DNA from: an uncultured Clostridia bacterium
Lineage (GTDB): Bacteria > Bacillota > Clostridia > TANB77 > CAG-508
Reading direction: 5' to 3'
DNA: 64,000 nucleotides
Assembly (NCBI GenBank): GCA_934178475.1
Contig: CAKPQH010000001.1
Span: 190,902-254,901, forward strand
The first letter of the stretch is position 1; each line of letters opens with the position of its first letter. This document shows positions 40,288-49,088 of the stretch, in pieces. Under the pieces are notes generated by a model. It searched no databases. It was not told the origin of the DNA and was given only the letters and a program-made list of their open reading frames with translations. The position numbers and the translations under genes were made by a program.

Positions 40288-41265
40288 CTATAATTCAATT
40301 CTAAATTCTTGGTAATCATCAAATAATGTATAAATAATTGATGGATAATAATTAACAATTACTCTTGAAAAAACTATATTTTTTATTTTCTTTTCTGATA
40401 TACTTTTACTATAATATTTTATTCTAAGCTTACTCTCTTCTCCTGGTTCTATTAACAATTGCGATTCAGAAAGTTCATGTGTATATGCAAAATATTTAAC
40501 ATTATTCTTATCTTCAATATACATCGTGTTAACCTCTTGTAATGGATCCATTAAAATCTGTCCATTAGTTGTATTTTTTATCTTTAAAGTATATATCTCA
40601 TAATCCATATATGTATCTCTGCTCAAAACATTTACCTCAATATTATATATAAATTTTCCTTTTGCATTTATCTCTTCTCTTCCTACATATCCATTTATAT
40701 TTAATTTATATTTACCATCTGAAATTTCCTTAATCGCAATATAATCTTGTACATTATTTTCTTGAGTATATTTTCCGGAAGACATAATATCATCTATTAT
40801 TGTAATTCTATAAATATCACTTCTCCATCTTTCAACATCAACTTTTTTTGTTTTTCCTTTAAATATTTTGTCACAATAACTTGTTTTAAAAACATTTACT
40901 TCAGGATACATTTCATCTTTACAATCATCTGTTAATAAATTATATGCTTCTTCATATTTCTGGTTATTACAAAATTCAAAAAAATCATTAATTAAATTTA
41001 CTTTATTTTTATGTTCACTATCATTTACTACACTTCCTTCTCCAATAAGAGAGTTTGTTGTATTTGAACTAAAATCTTTTTTATTTGAATTATCCATAAT
41101 ATCATTATTAGCATTATCTAAACTATTCTCATTTATCTGTTCTTTTTCTATTTGTTTTTTTGAAAAGAAATTCAACATTTGTATTAAGATAATTATAGAG
41201 GCTATAATAATTATAACCCTCCATACTTTTCTTCTGTTTTGATTGTATAGTCTTATTATATTCAT
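40288..41265 (-). CDS. membrane-anchored modular protein (candidate VirB8-like/NTF2-like scaffold)
   Basis: 325 aa with an N-terminal TM helix. The FFEFCNNQKYEEAYNLLTDDCK module resembles small NTF2/SnoaL-like lipoprotein domains. Confidence 0.6.
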   Translation of the reverse strand: MNIIRLYNQNRRKVWRVIIIIASIIILIQMLNFFSKKQIEKEQINENSLDNANNDIMDNSNKKDFSSNTTNSLIGEGSVVNDSEHKNKVNLINDFFEFCNNQKYEEAYNLLTDDCKDEMYPEVNVFKTSYCDKIFKGKTKKVDVERWRSDIYRITIIDDIMSSGKYTQENNVQDYIAIKEISDGKYKLNINGYVGREEINAKGKFIYNIEVNVLSRDTYMDYEIYTLKIKNTTNGQILMDPLQEVNTMYIEDKNNVKYFAYTHELSESQLLIEPGEESKLRIKYYSKSISEKKIKNIVFSRVIVNYYPSIIYTLFDDYQEFRIEL

Positions 41266-41293
41266 AATTATTTATAGCCTCCATATATTCTTA

Positions 41294-44125
41294 TTATTTA
41301 TTATCTTCAGAATCTTTCTTTAGTCCATCAAATTTATTATTCATTTTGCACAATTCTTTATATTTAGACTCTAAATCCTTTCCACTCCATCCTGCATCAG
41401 CTAAATTTCCTTTTATTGTCTTTTCAAGTCCTGTCATATCCATCTTTGTTGTATTTCCTTTTACAGTACCATCATGGAATTTTGCAACAGCAGCTGCAGA
41501 CTTAACGTCCTTTATTCCACTAAATTCAGAATCTTTTATCATTTTCTCACAAGCAATAATAGAATCCACATCTTTTACTCCAACATCAAGATATTGACTA
41601 GCAACCTCATTAGCTCTTTCTCTACCAACACTTTTTTCAAGCTTTTTCATATTATCACTATTCTTCCACTCTTTTATAAACTTATCATGTTCCTTTTGTC
41701 TAGCTTTATCTTGATCTGCTATCTCATCTTTCATGGCAGTATAAGTTCCACTAAGTCCACTATTTTCATATGCATTTCCTACAAATCCATTTCCTAGTGA
41801 ATAACCTCCTTTTGCCCCTAATGCTCCATATGACAATGCTTTTGCTGGAGAGCCATCTACTATTCCTGCTACAACTCCTAATCCTCCTAAAGCTGCTCCT
41901 GTTGCTAATCCTCCAAAAGTTCTAATAGGATGTGAGTTCTTTACTCTTTGCATTGCTCTTAACTTTTGATTTGACCAGTATCTTGAAGCTCCAGCTCTAG
42001 TTGCCAATCCTGCTTTTGAATTCCATACCTTTTTCGCTCCTCTACCAACTTTAGAACCAGCAATTTTATTCTTTCCAGTTTCCAAAGATGATGCTAATCT
42101 TAATCTCATTTTATTTGCTTTCTCTGATCCCGTTTGAGCCATACTTCCTATCTTATCTTTTGCATTTTCAATAAATTCTTGTGGTTTAGATTTTTCTGCT
42201 CCAAAAACATCATCATATACTTTTTGTCTTTCTTTCATAGATAATTCTTCTGTTGGTATATCTTTTGAATATTTATATTTTCCACCACTTTCAATATCTC
42301 CATTTCTATATGCTTCCATAGCTTCCTGCAAAGCTAATTGATCATCTGTTTCTGTTCCTTGTTCAACTTCTCTTCCGAAAGTATTTAGTTTTTCCCCTTC
42401 TTCATTTCCTTTATTCAATGTTTTTGCATTATCTGGTGCACCTCCATATATATTATCTGGATTATCAGGTGCATGCATTCTTGGTTTCTTTCCTCCTGAT
42501 TCTCCGGAACCTCCAGAACCTCCAGAACCGCCTTTTTTCCCTGGTCCTTTTGGTCCCATAATTGACTTCACTGCATTCATCATCAATGCTCCACCAGCCA
42601 TTCCTCCAAGCATTCCAGGAGTACTAGCCTTTTCGAAGTTAAACATTTTTCTTAAAAATTTCTCAGCCGGAATCATAAATCCCAAAGCAACAATAACATA
42701 AATAGGGTTTTTTGCTGCAAAAGCTGTAGCTGAACCAACTAAAATCATATATAATAACAAATGCATTGGTTGCAATAATAAGTTAAATACGTACTCTTTA
42801 ACCCATAAATCAAATCCTTGAGCTTTGCCATCTCCAGCTTTATCAATAGGATATGTAATCGCAACTAAAGGAGAAATCATTGTTAAAAATGACATGTATA
42901 TAAACCTTTTTATATATATAAAAGTAAATATATACGTATATACCACTAAAACAACATATATTAATCTCCATCCTATTGATTCATACGCCGTATACTTTAT
43001 AGGTTTTCCATCATCATCTAATTCAGCCTCTCCATTCTCATCAGTTTTTACTCCAAACTGTATCTGTCCATTCATTCTTGCTTGTTGTAAAAAGTTATCT
43101 GCTGTAAAATGTAAATATTTTTTTCCGCCTTCTTCCACAATATATTGTTTCCAATATGTATCCCCAAATTGCTTCTCAAATTGATTTACTATATCTTTAT
43201 CACTTATTTTATATTTTTGAATTCCATCCTTTTCTCCGTTTTTTTCAGCATCATTATTAGCTTCAACTTTTACTGCATCCACTATATCTGTAATTTTATC
43301 AACAGCAACATTGGCAAAAGTCATACCATAATGCATTAAAAATAATATACACATTCCTACAAGCCAATCCATACTTAATTGCTTGTACTTTGCTTTATCA
43401 GCAGATGTACTAGAAATTAATATTCTTATACCTATATATACTAATATTGAAAGCATAGCAATTAATGCAATATACCTTAATGTCACATACCAATCTGATA
43501 TCGTTTTTCTTAATGCCATTAACATATTTGATTTTTCTGCTGCATCCTCAGTAGAATAAAGATCATTAATTTGATCTATAGCAGAATTATCAAAGAAATT
43601 AACATTAAATGTTGGAACATCATTTGCAAAAATTTCATATGGTGAAATTGAAAAAACCGGAAAATAAACATCATCCCCCAATTGATTTTCAACTAATGGA
43701 ATTGCAACTGCATATGTAATTGCAATCGCTGCTCCAGTTTTTAAAACAATCGTTATAACAGAACCCGCAATTGCTAATATTGTTCCTCCTGACGCAATAG
43801 TTGCTGCAACTGCGACTATTGCAACAACAGCAATAGCGACTGCTGCCAAAATTTTCAGCCAAGTAGTTGATGTTACGTCAACATGTAGCAACGAATCATC
43901 TATTCCAAAAACAGCTTTTTGCAATATTGACATACATCCATCAGCTATACCAACTAATAATTTCAAAACCGAACTAATTAATTTTCCACCAAAGCTTGAC
44001 ATCCAAGAATCCGCACTATCATCATCCGCATTAACAACATTTGGCATAATAAAAGCTACAATCATTATTGCTAAAACAGCTATCAGAATTTTCATCCACA
44101 AACTTTTATTTTTTAAAATCTTCAT
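41294..44125 (-). CDS. VirB6/TrbL-like polytopic membrane protein with a long C-terminal extension
   Basis: 943 aa. Signal peptide ending VVNA/DDD, at least 8 hydrophobic helices in the first ~520 aa, a G/S linker (GGSGGSGGSGESGG), then ~400 aa that are mostly hydrophilic with one more TM. Lies immediately downstream of VirB4, as in Tn916 orf15, TcpH and ConG. Confidence 0.65.
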   Translation of the reverse strand: MKILKNKSLWMKILIAVLAIMIVAFIMPNVVNADDDSADSWMSSFGGKLISSVLKLLVGIADGCMSILQKAVFGIDDSLLHVDVTSTTWLKILAAVAIAVVAIVAVAATIASGGTILAIAGSVITIVLKTGAAIAITYAVAIPLVENQLGDDVYFPVFSISPYEIFANDVPTFNVNFFDNSAIDQINDLYSTEDAAEKSNMLMALRKTISDWYVTLRYIALIAMLSILVYIGIRILISSTSADKAKYKQLSMDWLVGMCILFLMHYGMTFANVAVDKITDIVDAVKVEANNDAEKNGEKDGIQKYKISDKDIVNQFEKQFGDTYWKQYIVEEGGKKYLHFTADNFLQQARMNGQIQFGVKTDENGEAELDDDGKPIKYTAYESIGWRLIYVVLVVYTYIFTFIYIKRFIYMSFLTMISPLVAITYPIDKAGDGKAQGFDLWVKEYVFNLLLQPMHLLLYMILVGSATAFAAKNPIYVIVALGFMIPAEKFLRKMFNFEKASTPGMLGGMAGGALMMNAVKSIMGPKGPGKKGGSGGSGGSGESGGKKPRMHAPDNPDNIYGGAPDNAKTLNKGNEEGEKLNTFGREVEQGTETDDQLALQEAMEAYRNGDIESGGKYKYSKDIPTEELSMKERQKVYDDVFGAEKSKPQEFIENAKDKIGSMAQTGSEKANKMRLRLASSLETGKNKIAGSKVGRGAKKVWNSKAGLATRAGASRYWSNQKLRAMQRVKNSHPIRTFGGLATGAALGGLGVVAGIVDGSPAKALSYGALGAKGGYSLGNGFVGNAYENSGLSGTYTAMKDEIADQDKARQKEHDKFIKEWKNSDNMKKLEKSVGRERANEVASQYLDVGVKDVDSIIACEKMIKDSEFSGIKDVKSAAAVAKFHDGTVKGNTTKMDMTGLEKTIKGNLADAGWSGKDLESKYKELCKMNNKFDGLKKDSEDNK

Positions 44126-44145
44126 TATCTAATACCCCCTCTAGT

Positions 44146-46107
44146 CTAGTTCTTTTGTTCCGCTAATTTATTTAAATTTGTCTCAACAAACTCAAATTCT
44201 TTTTTCGTTGGCATTATTTTTAATATAGCTGTTTCAGCACCTACTTTTAATAGTCCTTCTCCCTTTTGACAGGTAACTAAAAATCCTGATTCTCCCTCAG
44301 AAAGTTTAAATACTTCTTTAAGATGTTGTATTTCAGATTTATCTTGTGCTAAAAACAACTTTGTATCTGAAGATGTAAGTACTGCTTGTGCCTCTGGTTT
44401 TTCATAAAAGTCATCAAACCTTTGTGAAATAATGGCAAGTGAAACATTTCTTTTACGAGCACGTCTTGCCATTTTATTTAAAAAGTCTACAGCTTCTGGG
44501 AATGGAAGTAACATCCATGCCTCATCAACAATAACTCTTTTCTTTCTCGCCCTTTTTCTATCTTCACTATTTTTCTTAACATATTTTTCCCAAATCCAAG
44601 AAAGTAGTATTTGTTGTGCAAGCGGTCTCGCAAATCTCTCTTCTAAATTTGAAATATCTAAGTTAATAAATGGAACTTCTTCATCCAATAATTCAAATGT
44701 AGATTGTCCATCAAAATATGCCATTTGTCCATCAAACTCTTTAACATATTGTTTCATAACTTTTAATAAATAACTATAATGATATTCATAGTTTTTATTT
44801 GTATTTTCCCTAGCTTTATTTGTCATTCTCCTATACCAGCTACCAATTGTAGGCATAGGTTTCTTTTCCTTCGTAAGCATATTTCCTCTTCTCATAGCTT
44901 CTTGAGATTGAACATATAAACTTTCAGGATTACTGTTTATTCCTAAAGCCGCATACTCTTCTGCAACAGACTCAGCAATAATCTGTTTAGTAAGCTCATT
45001 AACTTCATCACTTCTTGTACTACCTTTTGCCATTGTAACTAAAGCTTGTGTTACGTCTTCTACTTTATTTTCAATATTTAAAATTGCTCTTTCTCTACCT
45101 GTTATCTCATCTTTAACAGTTTCAGGTTCTATATCAAATAAATTAATTACTGTCTTTGAATTTGGACTAATAACAACATTTATTCCTCCTAAGGACTCAG
45201 CAACAATCGTATACTCACCTTCTGCATCTAAAGCTAAACTTTCAATTCCCATAAGAACTGATGATCTAGATATTAACGTCTTCATTGTAACTGATTTACC
45301 AGCACCTGACTTTGCAAATATAACCATATTATAATTTGTAAGTGAATGATGGAAATTATCAAATAATATTGGTGTTCCTGTTTGTTTATTAAATCCTAAT
45401 GGCACTCCTGTAGGATGTCCAACTTCTGATGTTGTAAAAGGAAATACTGTTCCCATTGAATTTCTATCAAATGTATGTAATTTGTTTATCTTATCATTCA
45501 TAAGTGGTAAATTGCTTTGAAAAGCATCTTCTTGCATTCCCCATGCTGTTTTTATTCCAACCAAACTTTTAGACATTTCTGATGCAAGCATCTTTGTATA
45601 TCTATCTAAATCCTCTATACTATATGTAAACAATGTTGCAACAACTGATGCCTCAAATAATTTATTAAATCCTGCTGCAATTTCATCTCTCAACTCTTCT
45701 GCTTCGAATCTTTTTTGAGCTAATGTGCTTTCTCTATTTATATTTCCTCTATCTGCTGCTACAATTCTTTCTGTCTCCAACTCATTAATTGTTCTGTTTA
45801 ATTCATTTTGTGATCTTTCTTCTTTTATTGGTTTTATATATATAGATGTATTTACATCTCCAAACATATATAAATCTCTAAATATTTCTGGGAATACAGC
45901 CATACGTGGAAGTGTAGAAACAAAGAAACTTCTTGCATATCTTTTAGTTCCTGAAATAATTTCTAAGTGATCTATATCTGATGCATCTATCCCAGAAGGA
46001 GCTATTAATTCTTTTATTGTTTTTCTCTTCAAAAACTTTGCAACTTCTTCTTGTTCTTTAAGCTGTTCTTCTAGGTCTGCCTGGTTTTTTAACTTCTTTT
46101 TGCTCAT
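44146..46107 (-). CDS. VirB4-family T4SS ATPase
   Basis: ATG at 46107 lies 9 nt after AAGGAGG. N-domain LIAPSGIDASDIDHLEI...YARSFFVSTLPR, Walker A FAKSGAGKS and Walker B VIVDEAWMLL (the DEAW typical of VirB4/TraC). Confidence 0.85.
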   Translation of the reverse strand: MSKKKLKNQADLEEQLKEQEEVAKFLKRKTIKELIAPSGIDASDIDHLEIISGTKRYARSFFVSTLPRMAVFPEIFRDLYMFGDVNTSIYIKPIKEERSQNELNRTINELETERIVAADRGNINRESTLAQKRFEAEELRDEIAAGFNKLFEASVVATLFTYSIEDLDRYTKMLASEMSKSLVGIKTAWGMQEDAFQSNLPLMNDKINKLHTFDRNSMGTVFPFTTSEVGHPTGVPLGFNKQTGTPILFDNFHHSLTNYNMVIFAKSGAGKSVTMKTLISRSSVLMGIESLALDAEGEYTIVAESLGGINVVISPNSKTVINLFDIEPETVKDEITGRERAILNIENKVEDVTQALVTMAKGSTRSDEVNELTKQIIAESVAEEYAALGINSNPESLYVQSQEAMRRGNMLTKEKKPMPTIGSWYRRMTNKARENTNKNYEYHYSYLLKVMKQYVKEFDGQMAYFDGQSTFELLDEEVPFINLDISNLEERFARPLAQQILLSWIWEKYVKKNSEDRKRARKKRVIVDEAWMLLPFPEAVDFLNKMARRARKRNVSLAIISQRFDDFYEKPEAQAVLTSSDTKLFLAQDKSEIQHLKEVFKLSEGESGFLVTCQKGEGLLKVGAETAILKIMPTKKEFEFVETNLNKLAEQKN

Positions 46108-47275
46108 TTTTCTTTGCCTCCTTTTCATCCTTACTATCTTTTTTTACTATTTCTTTAGCCTTATCAGCAACATCATTACCAATTAATCCTTTATTATTAT
46201 CAATAATTATTTGTGCCATTTTATCCATTAAATCATTAAAGTCTGCTTCTTTCTTTTTTAGTGCCTTTTCTTTTTCAGTTTCTTGTTTTGCTTTAAATAC
46301 CGCATCATTTGCTTTTCTAATAGCTTCTCTTTCTATCTGTTCATCCAAAGCTTTCATTTTCTTATCTAAAACATCTGGTGCAGTTACATATAACTGATCA
46401 TATCCTGCCTTTATTGCTTTTTGTAAATCATAAGTCTCAGCTTCATCTCTGTTATATGCCATATATAATAAATTTGTTAATTCCACTGAATCTAAAATTT
46501 TACTGCTTATTCCACAAACAGATAATAAGCTTATTGTTGATTGGCATCTTGTATATAATTCAGCAAAAGCCATATTTTCAACTTCATCCTTATTATAATC
46601 TCCTACACCAACTTCATCAGAATAATAAGGAATAATTATGTAATACTGTTTACTTAAAATATTTTTATTTAAACTCATTCTCTCTGTATTACTAACAATA
46701 TCAGCTCCATATTCATATAAGTTTCTTGCCTTAGTAACTTCAAAGTTTTGTTTATTTAACTGTTCTTTTGTGTAATTTCCAGATCTTACTTTCTGATTGT
46801 AATCATATTCTTTTTGCATTAAATTATTTCCAAGCTTTTTAACTCTATCTTTATAATTACTAATGCTTCCGGTTAAATCAACTGTTCTTGTCTGTACATA
46901 TATTTGAATCGGATGTCTTAAAGTATTTAAATATTGTATAAAACCTTGTTCAACACTTGCTTTTTCAACACCAGACATTAAATCATAATTTATTCCCTGA
47001 CATTTAACAACCATTAAAAATTTTTTACTACCATTTTGAACAATCATATTATCTTCAATCTTATCAAATTCCATAAAATTAAAAATTGACTGAACATCAT
47101 AATTTAATTTAACTTTACTTTTAGTTGTTGTTGGCTGTATAGGTTTATTCTCTTCATTTTCCTTCTTTTTTGATTTAAGTTTTAAAACTATAAATACACA
47201 AACCAAAGCAAACAATACTAAAATCATTACCACTAGTACCACCATTAATAATTGTGCTATTTGATTATTTTCCAT
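46058..47275 (-). CDS. TM-anchored protein with a VirB4-N-terminal-like domain, a K/E-rich coiled tail and an AT-hook-like C-terminus
   Basis: 405 aa with N-terminal TM followed by KSKKK (C-terminus predicted inside). FDKIEDNMIVQNGSKKFLMVVKCQGINYDLMSGVEKASVEQGF resembles the N-terminal fold of Gram-positive VirB4 proteins. Ends in KKPGRPRRTA. The 3' end overlaps the VirB4 start by 50 nt. Confidence 0.6.
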   Translation of the reverse strand: MENNQIAQLLMVVLVVMILVLFALVCVFIVLKLKSKKKENEENKPIQPTTTKSKVKLNYDVQSIFNFMEFDKIEDNMIVQNGSKKFLMVVKCQGINYDLMSGVEKASVEQGFIQYLNTLRHPIQIYVQTRTVDLTGSISNYKDRVKKLGNNLMQKEYDYNQKVRSGNYTKEQLNKQNFEVTKARNLYEYGADIVSNTERMSLNKNILSKQYYIIIPYYSDEVGVGDYNKDEVENMAFAELYTRCQSTISLLSVCGISSKILDSVELTNLLYMAYNRDEAETYDLQKAIKAGYDQLYVTAPDVLDKKMKALDEQIEREAIRKANDAVFKAKQETEKEKALKKKEADFNDLMDKMAQIIIDNNKGLIGNDVADKAKEIVKKDSKDEKEAKKNEQKEVKKPGRPRRTA

Positions 47276-47621
47276 TTGTTTCTACCTCCTTATCTTTATA
47301 GACATATATTCTATTGTGTTTCATTTTAAATTTTATCCATCTCATTATAATTGTATCTATATTTTCTCCTCCCGCTTTAGACATAAATGAATTTTTATTA
47401 TTTTCTGGTATCTTAAATGTCCCTATTGCAAATCCCATAAACGCAAACAATACAACAAACCCAATTCCTAACATTTTTAATTTCATTGCATTGAACAAAA
47501 AATAAAATATTAATCCAACTCCTCCACCAACAGCTGTATATATTAACGCCTTAGTTGAGAATATCAATAAAATTCTACTTTCACCTTTATAATTTCTAGG
47601 TATTTGATATGGTCCTCCCAT
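47265..47621 (-). CDS. PrgI/VirB3-like small membrane protein
   Basis: ATG at 47621 follows AAGGAGG. About 118 aa with two adjacent TM helices after IPRNYKGE. Precedes the ATPase, as prgI precedes prgJ and orf17 precedes orf16. Confidence 0.65.
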   Translation of the reverse strand: MGGPYQIPRNYKGESRILLIFSTKALIYTAVGGGVGLIFYFLFNAMKLKMLGIGFVVLFAFMGFAIGTFKIPENNKNSFMSKAGGENIDTIIMRWIKFKMKHNRIYVYKDKEVETNGK

Positions 47622-47674
47622 TATTTTTCCTCCTTGTTTTAGGCACACTCCACCTTATTTTACTATTACTTAAA

Positions 47675-47683
47675 ATTATAACA
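47675..47683 (-). promoter_or_regulatory. extended -10 promoter element (TGTTATAAT) upstream of the machinery genes
   Basis: Minus strand TGnTATAAT, about 50 nt upstream of the PrgI-like start and downstream of the pilin-block terminator. Confidence 0.45.
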
Positions 47684-47763
47684 TATTTCAATTAGAATTT
47701 GTCATCTTTTGGAGAAAAAATAAAAATTTAATATAATTGTAATCTTTTTGTAATTTTTCTGTA

Positions 47764-47816
47764 ATAAAAAATAGAAATAAGTCCGATTTTAAATTAGACT
47801 TATTTCTATTTTTTAT
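47764..47816 (-). terminator. strong intrinsic terminator/attenuator between the pilin block and the machinery genes
   Basis: 14-bp perfect stem AATAGAAATAAGTC / GACTTATTTCTATT with a 13-nt loop, followed on the minus strand by a T6 run. Begins 8 nt after the pilin-1 stop. Confidence 0.75.
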
Positions 47817-47823
47817 TATTTAC

Positions 47824-48180
47824 CTATGTAATTTTTATCGATTGTATAACTGTAACTATTCCTGATGCAGAAAATACTAGTAATGCTCCTATAAAATAGG
47901 GTAACATTGTTTTCTTATATTCTGCTTTTTCTTCTGCACTTCCCATCATATATTTTATACCTAATACAACTATTACAGCAACAGATACAACCATTCCTAT
48001 ATTTTTAAGAACACTTATTATTTTATTTCCCATACTGGCTATTTGAGTATCTGATGAATTATCAGTTCCTTGAAGTTGTGAAGGATTTATTGCAGCCATT
48101 GTCTCTGGTATAAAAGCAGAAATCATTACTCCAACAATCATTATTATCAAAAAAAACTTGGTTACTTTTTTTCTATTCAT
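47824..48180 (-). CDS. T4SS pilin-like (VirB2/TrbC-like) protein, paralog 1
   Basis: 118 aa. Signal peptide ending TMAA, variable region, then two TM helices bridged by LGIKYMMGSAEEKAEYKK. Confidence 0.7.
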   Translation of the reverse strand: MNRKKVTKFFLIIMIVGVMISAFIPETMAAINPSQLQGTDNSSDTQIASMGNKIISVLKNIGMVVSVAVIVVLGIKYMMGSAEEKAEYKKTMLPYFIGALLVFSASGIVTVIQSIKIT

Positions 48181-48207
48181 ATTATCCCCTCCTTAACTAT
48201 CATTTGT

Positions 48208-48241
48208 AAAAAGATAAATAGCATATGCTATTTATCTTTTT
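48208..48241 (-). terminator. perfect 34-nt palindrome between pilin paralogs 2 and 1
   Basis: AAAAAGATAAATAGCAT|ATGCTATTTATCTTTTT. Confidence 0.55.
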
Positions 48242-48249
48242 ATTAACAA

Positions 48250-48603
48250 TTAGAATTGGATACTTGCAATAACTTTTACTATTGCAGCTGCAGAGAATAT
48301 TAATAATGCCCCTATAAAATAAGGTATTAAAGTCTTTTTATACTCTGCTTTCTCTTCTGCACTTCCCATCATGTATTTTATACCTAAAATAACTAAAACA
48401 GCTACTGCAACAACCATACCTATATTAGTTATTACATTTATGATTTTTGCTCCTATTTGTGTTACTTCACCAACAGCTTGTGGGTCTTGATCTAATTCAT
48501 CAAGAATACCCCCATCACCAGCTGCAAAAACAGGTACTACAGATAGAATCACACATAAAACAATAGACATAATTCCAATTATTTTCATTGTTTTTTTATT
48601 CAT
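48250..48603 (-). CDS. T4SS pilin-like protein, paralog 2
   Basis: 117 aa. Signal peptide ending VFAA. The core is nearly identical to paralog 1 (NIGMVVAVAVLVILGIKYMMGSAEEKAEYKKTLIPYFIGALL). Confidence 0.7.
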   Translation of the reverse strand: MNKKTMKIIGIMSIVLCVILSVVPVFAAGDGGILDELDQDPQAVGEVTQIGAKIINVITNIGMVVAVAVLVILGIKYMMGSAEEKAEYKKTLIPYFIGALLIFSAAAIVKVIASIQF

Positions 48604-48671
48604 AATATTTCCTCCTTTTTTATTTGTTTTATATTAAAAATCTAATAAAATATTAGAAAGTTAAAAACTAA

Positions 48672-49052
48672 TTATACAACATTATTCATTACGGTTACTA
48701 CCAATTTCCATATTGCAAAAGCACCAAAAACAATTACACACCCTATAACATATGGTATTAATTGTTCCTTTACTTTTGCCTTATCTTCAGCACTAGCAGC
48801 CATGAATTTTATTCCTAAAACTACTCCTATAATGCTAGCAGCTGCAATGCCTATATAAAGTAATATATAATACATACTAGCAGATGCATCTTCAAGCTTG
48901 CTTTCATCAATCTTAACATTTCCTTTACTCACAAAATCGTCAGCACCTTTAAATATATCTCCCCATGTTCCCGCATTTGATATCGTAGGAAATGATATCA
49001 TAAAAATAATACTAATAGCAACTATACTTATTAAAATATTCCTTTTTTTCAT
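48672..49052 (-). CDS. T4SS pilin-like protein, paralog 3 (divergent)
   Basis: ATG at 49052 follows AGGAGG. Signal peptide ending ISNA. Core VLGIKFMAASAEDKAKVKEQLIPYVIG. Confidence 0.65.
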   Translation of the reverse strand: MKKRNILISIVAISIIFMISFPTISNAGTWGDIFKGADDFVSKGNVKIDESKLEDASASMYYILLYIGIAAASIIGVVLGIKFMAASAEDKAKVKEQLIPYVIGCVIVFGAFAIWKLVVTVMNNVV

Positions 49053-49088
49053 ATCATCCCTCCTATCTCTCATAGATTTAACTATTTA

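Noticed and set aside
41346-43339. Several plus-strand ORFs (60-119 aa) inside the VirB6-like gene, with similar ones inside the VirB4, hydrolase, dnaX, mnmE, yidC, parB and rsmG genes
   Set aside because: All are antisense to long ORFs that have motifs or clear membrane topology. Their translations are low complexity and none has a spaced Shine-Dalgarno.
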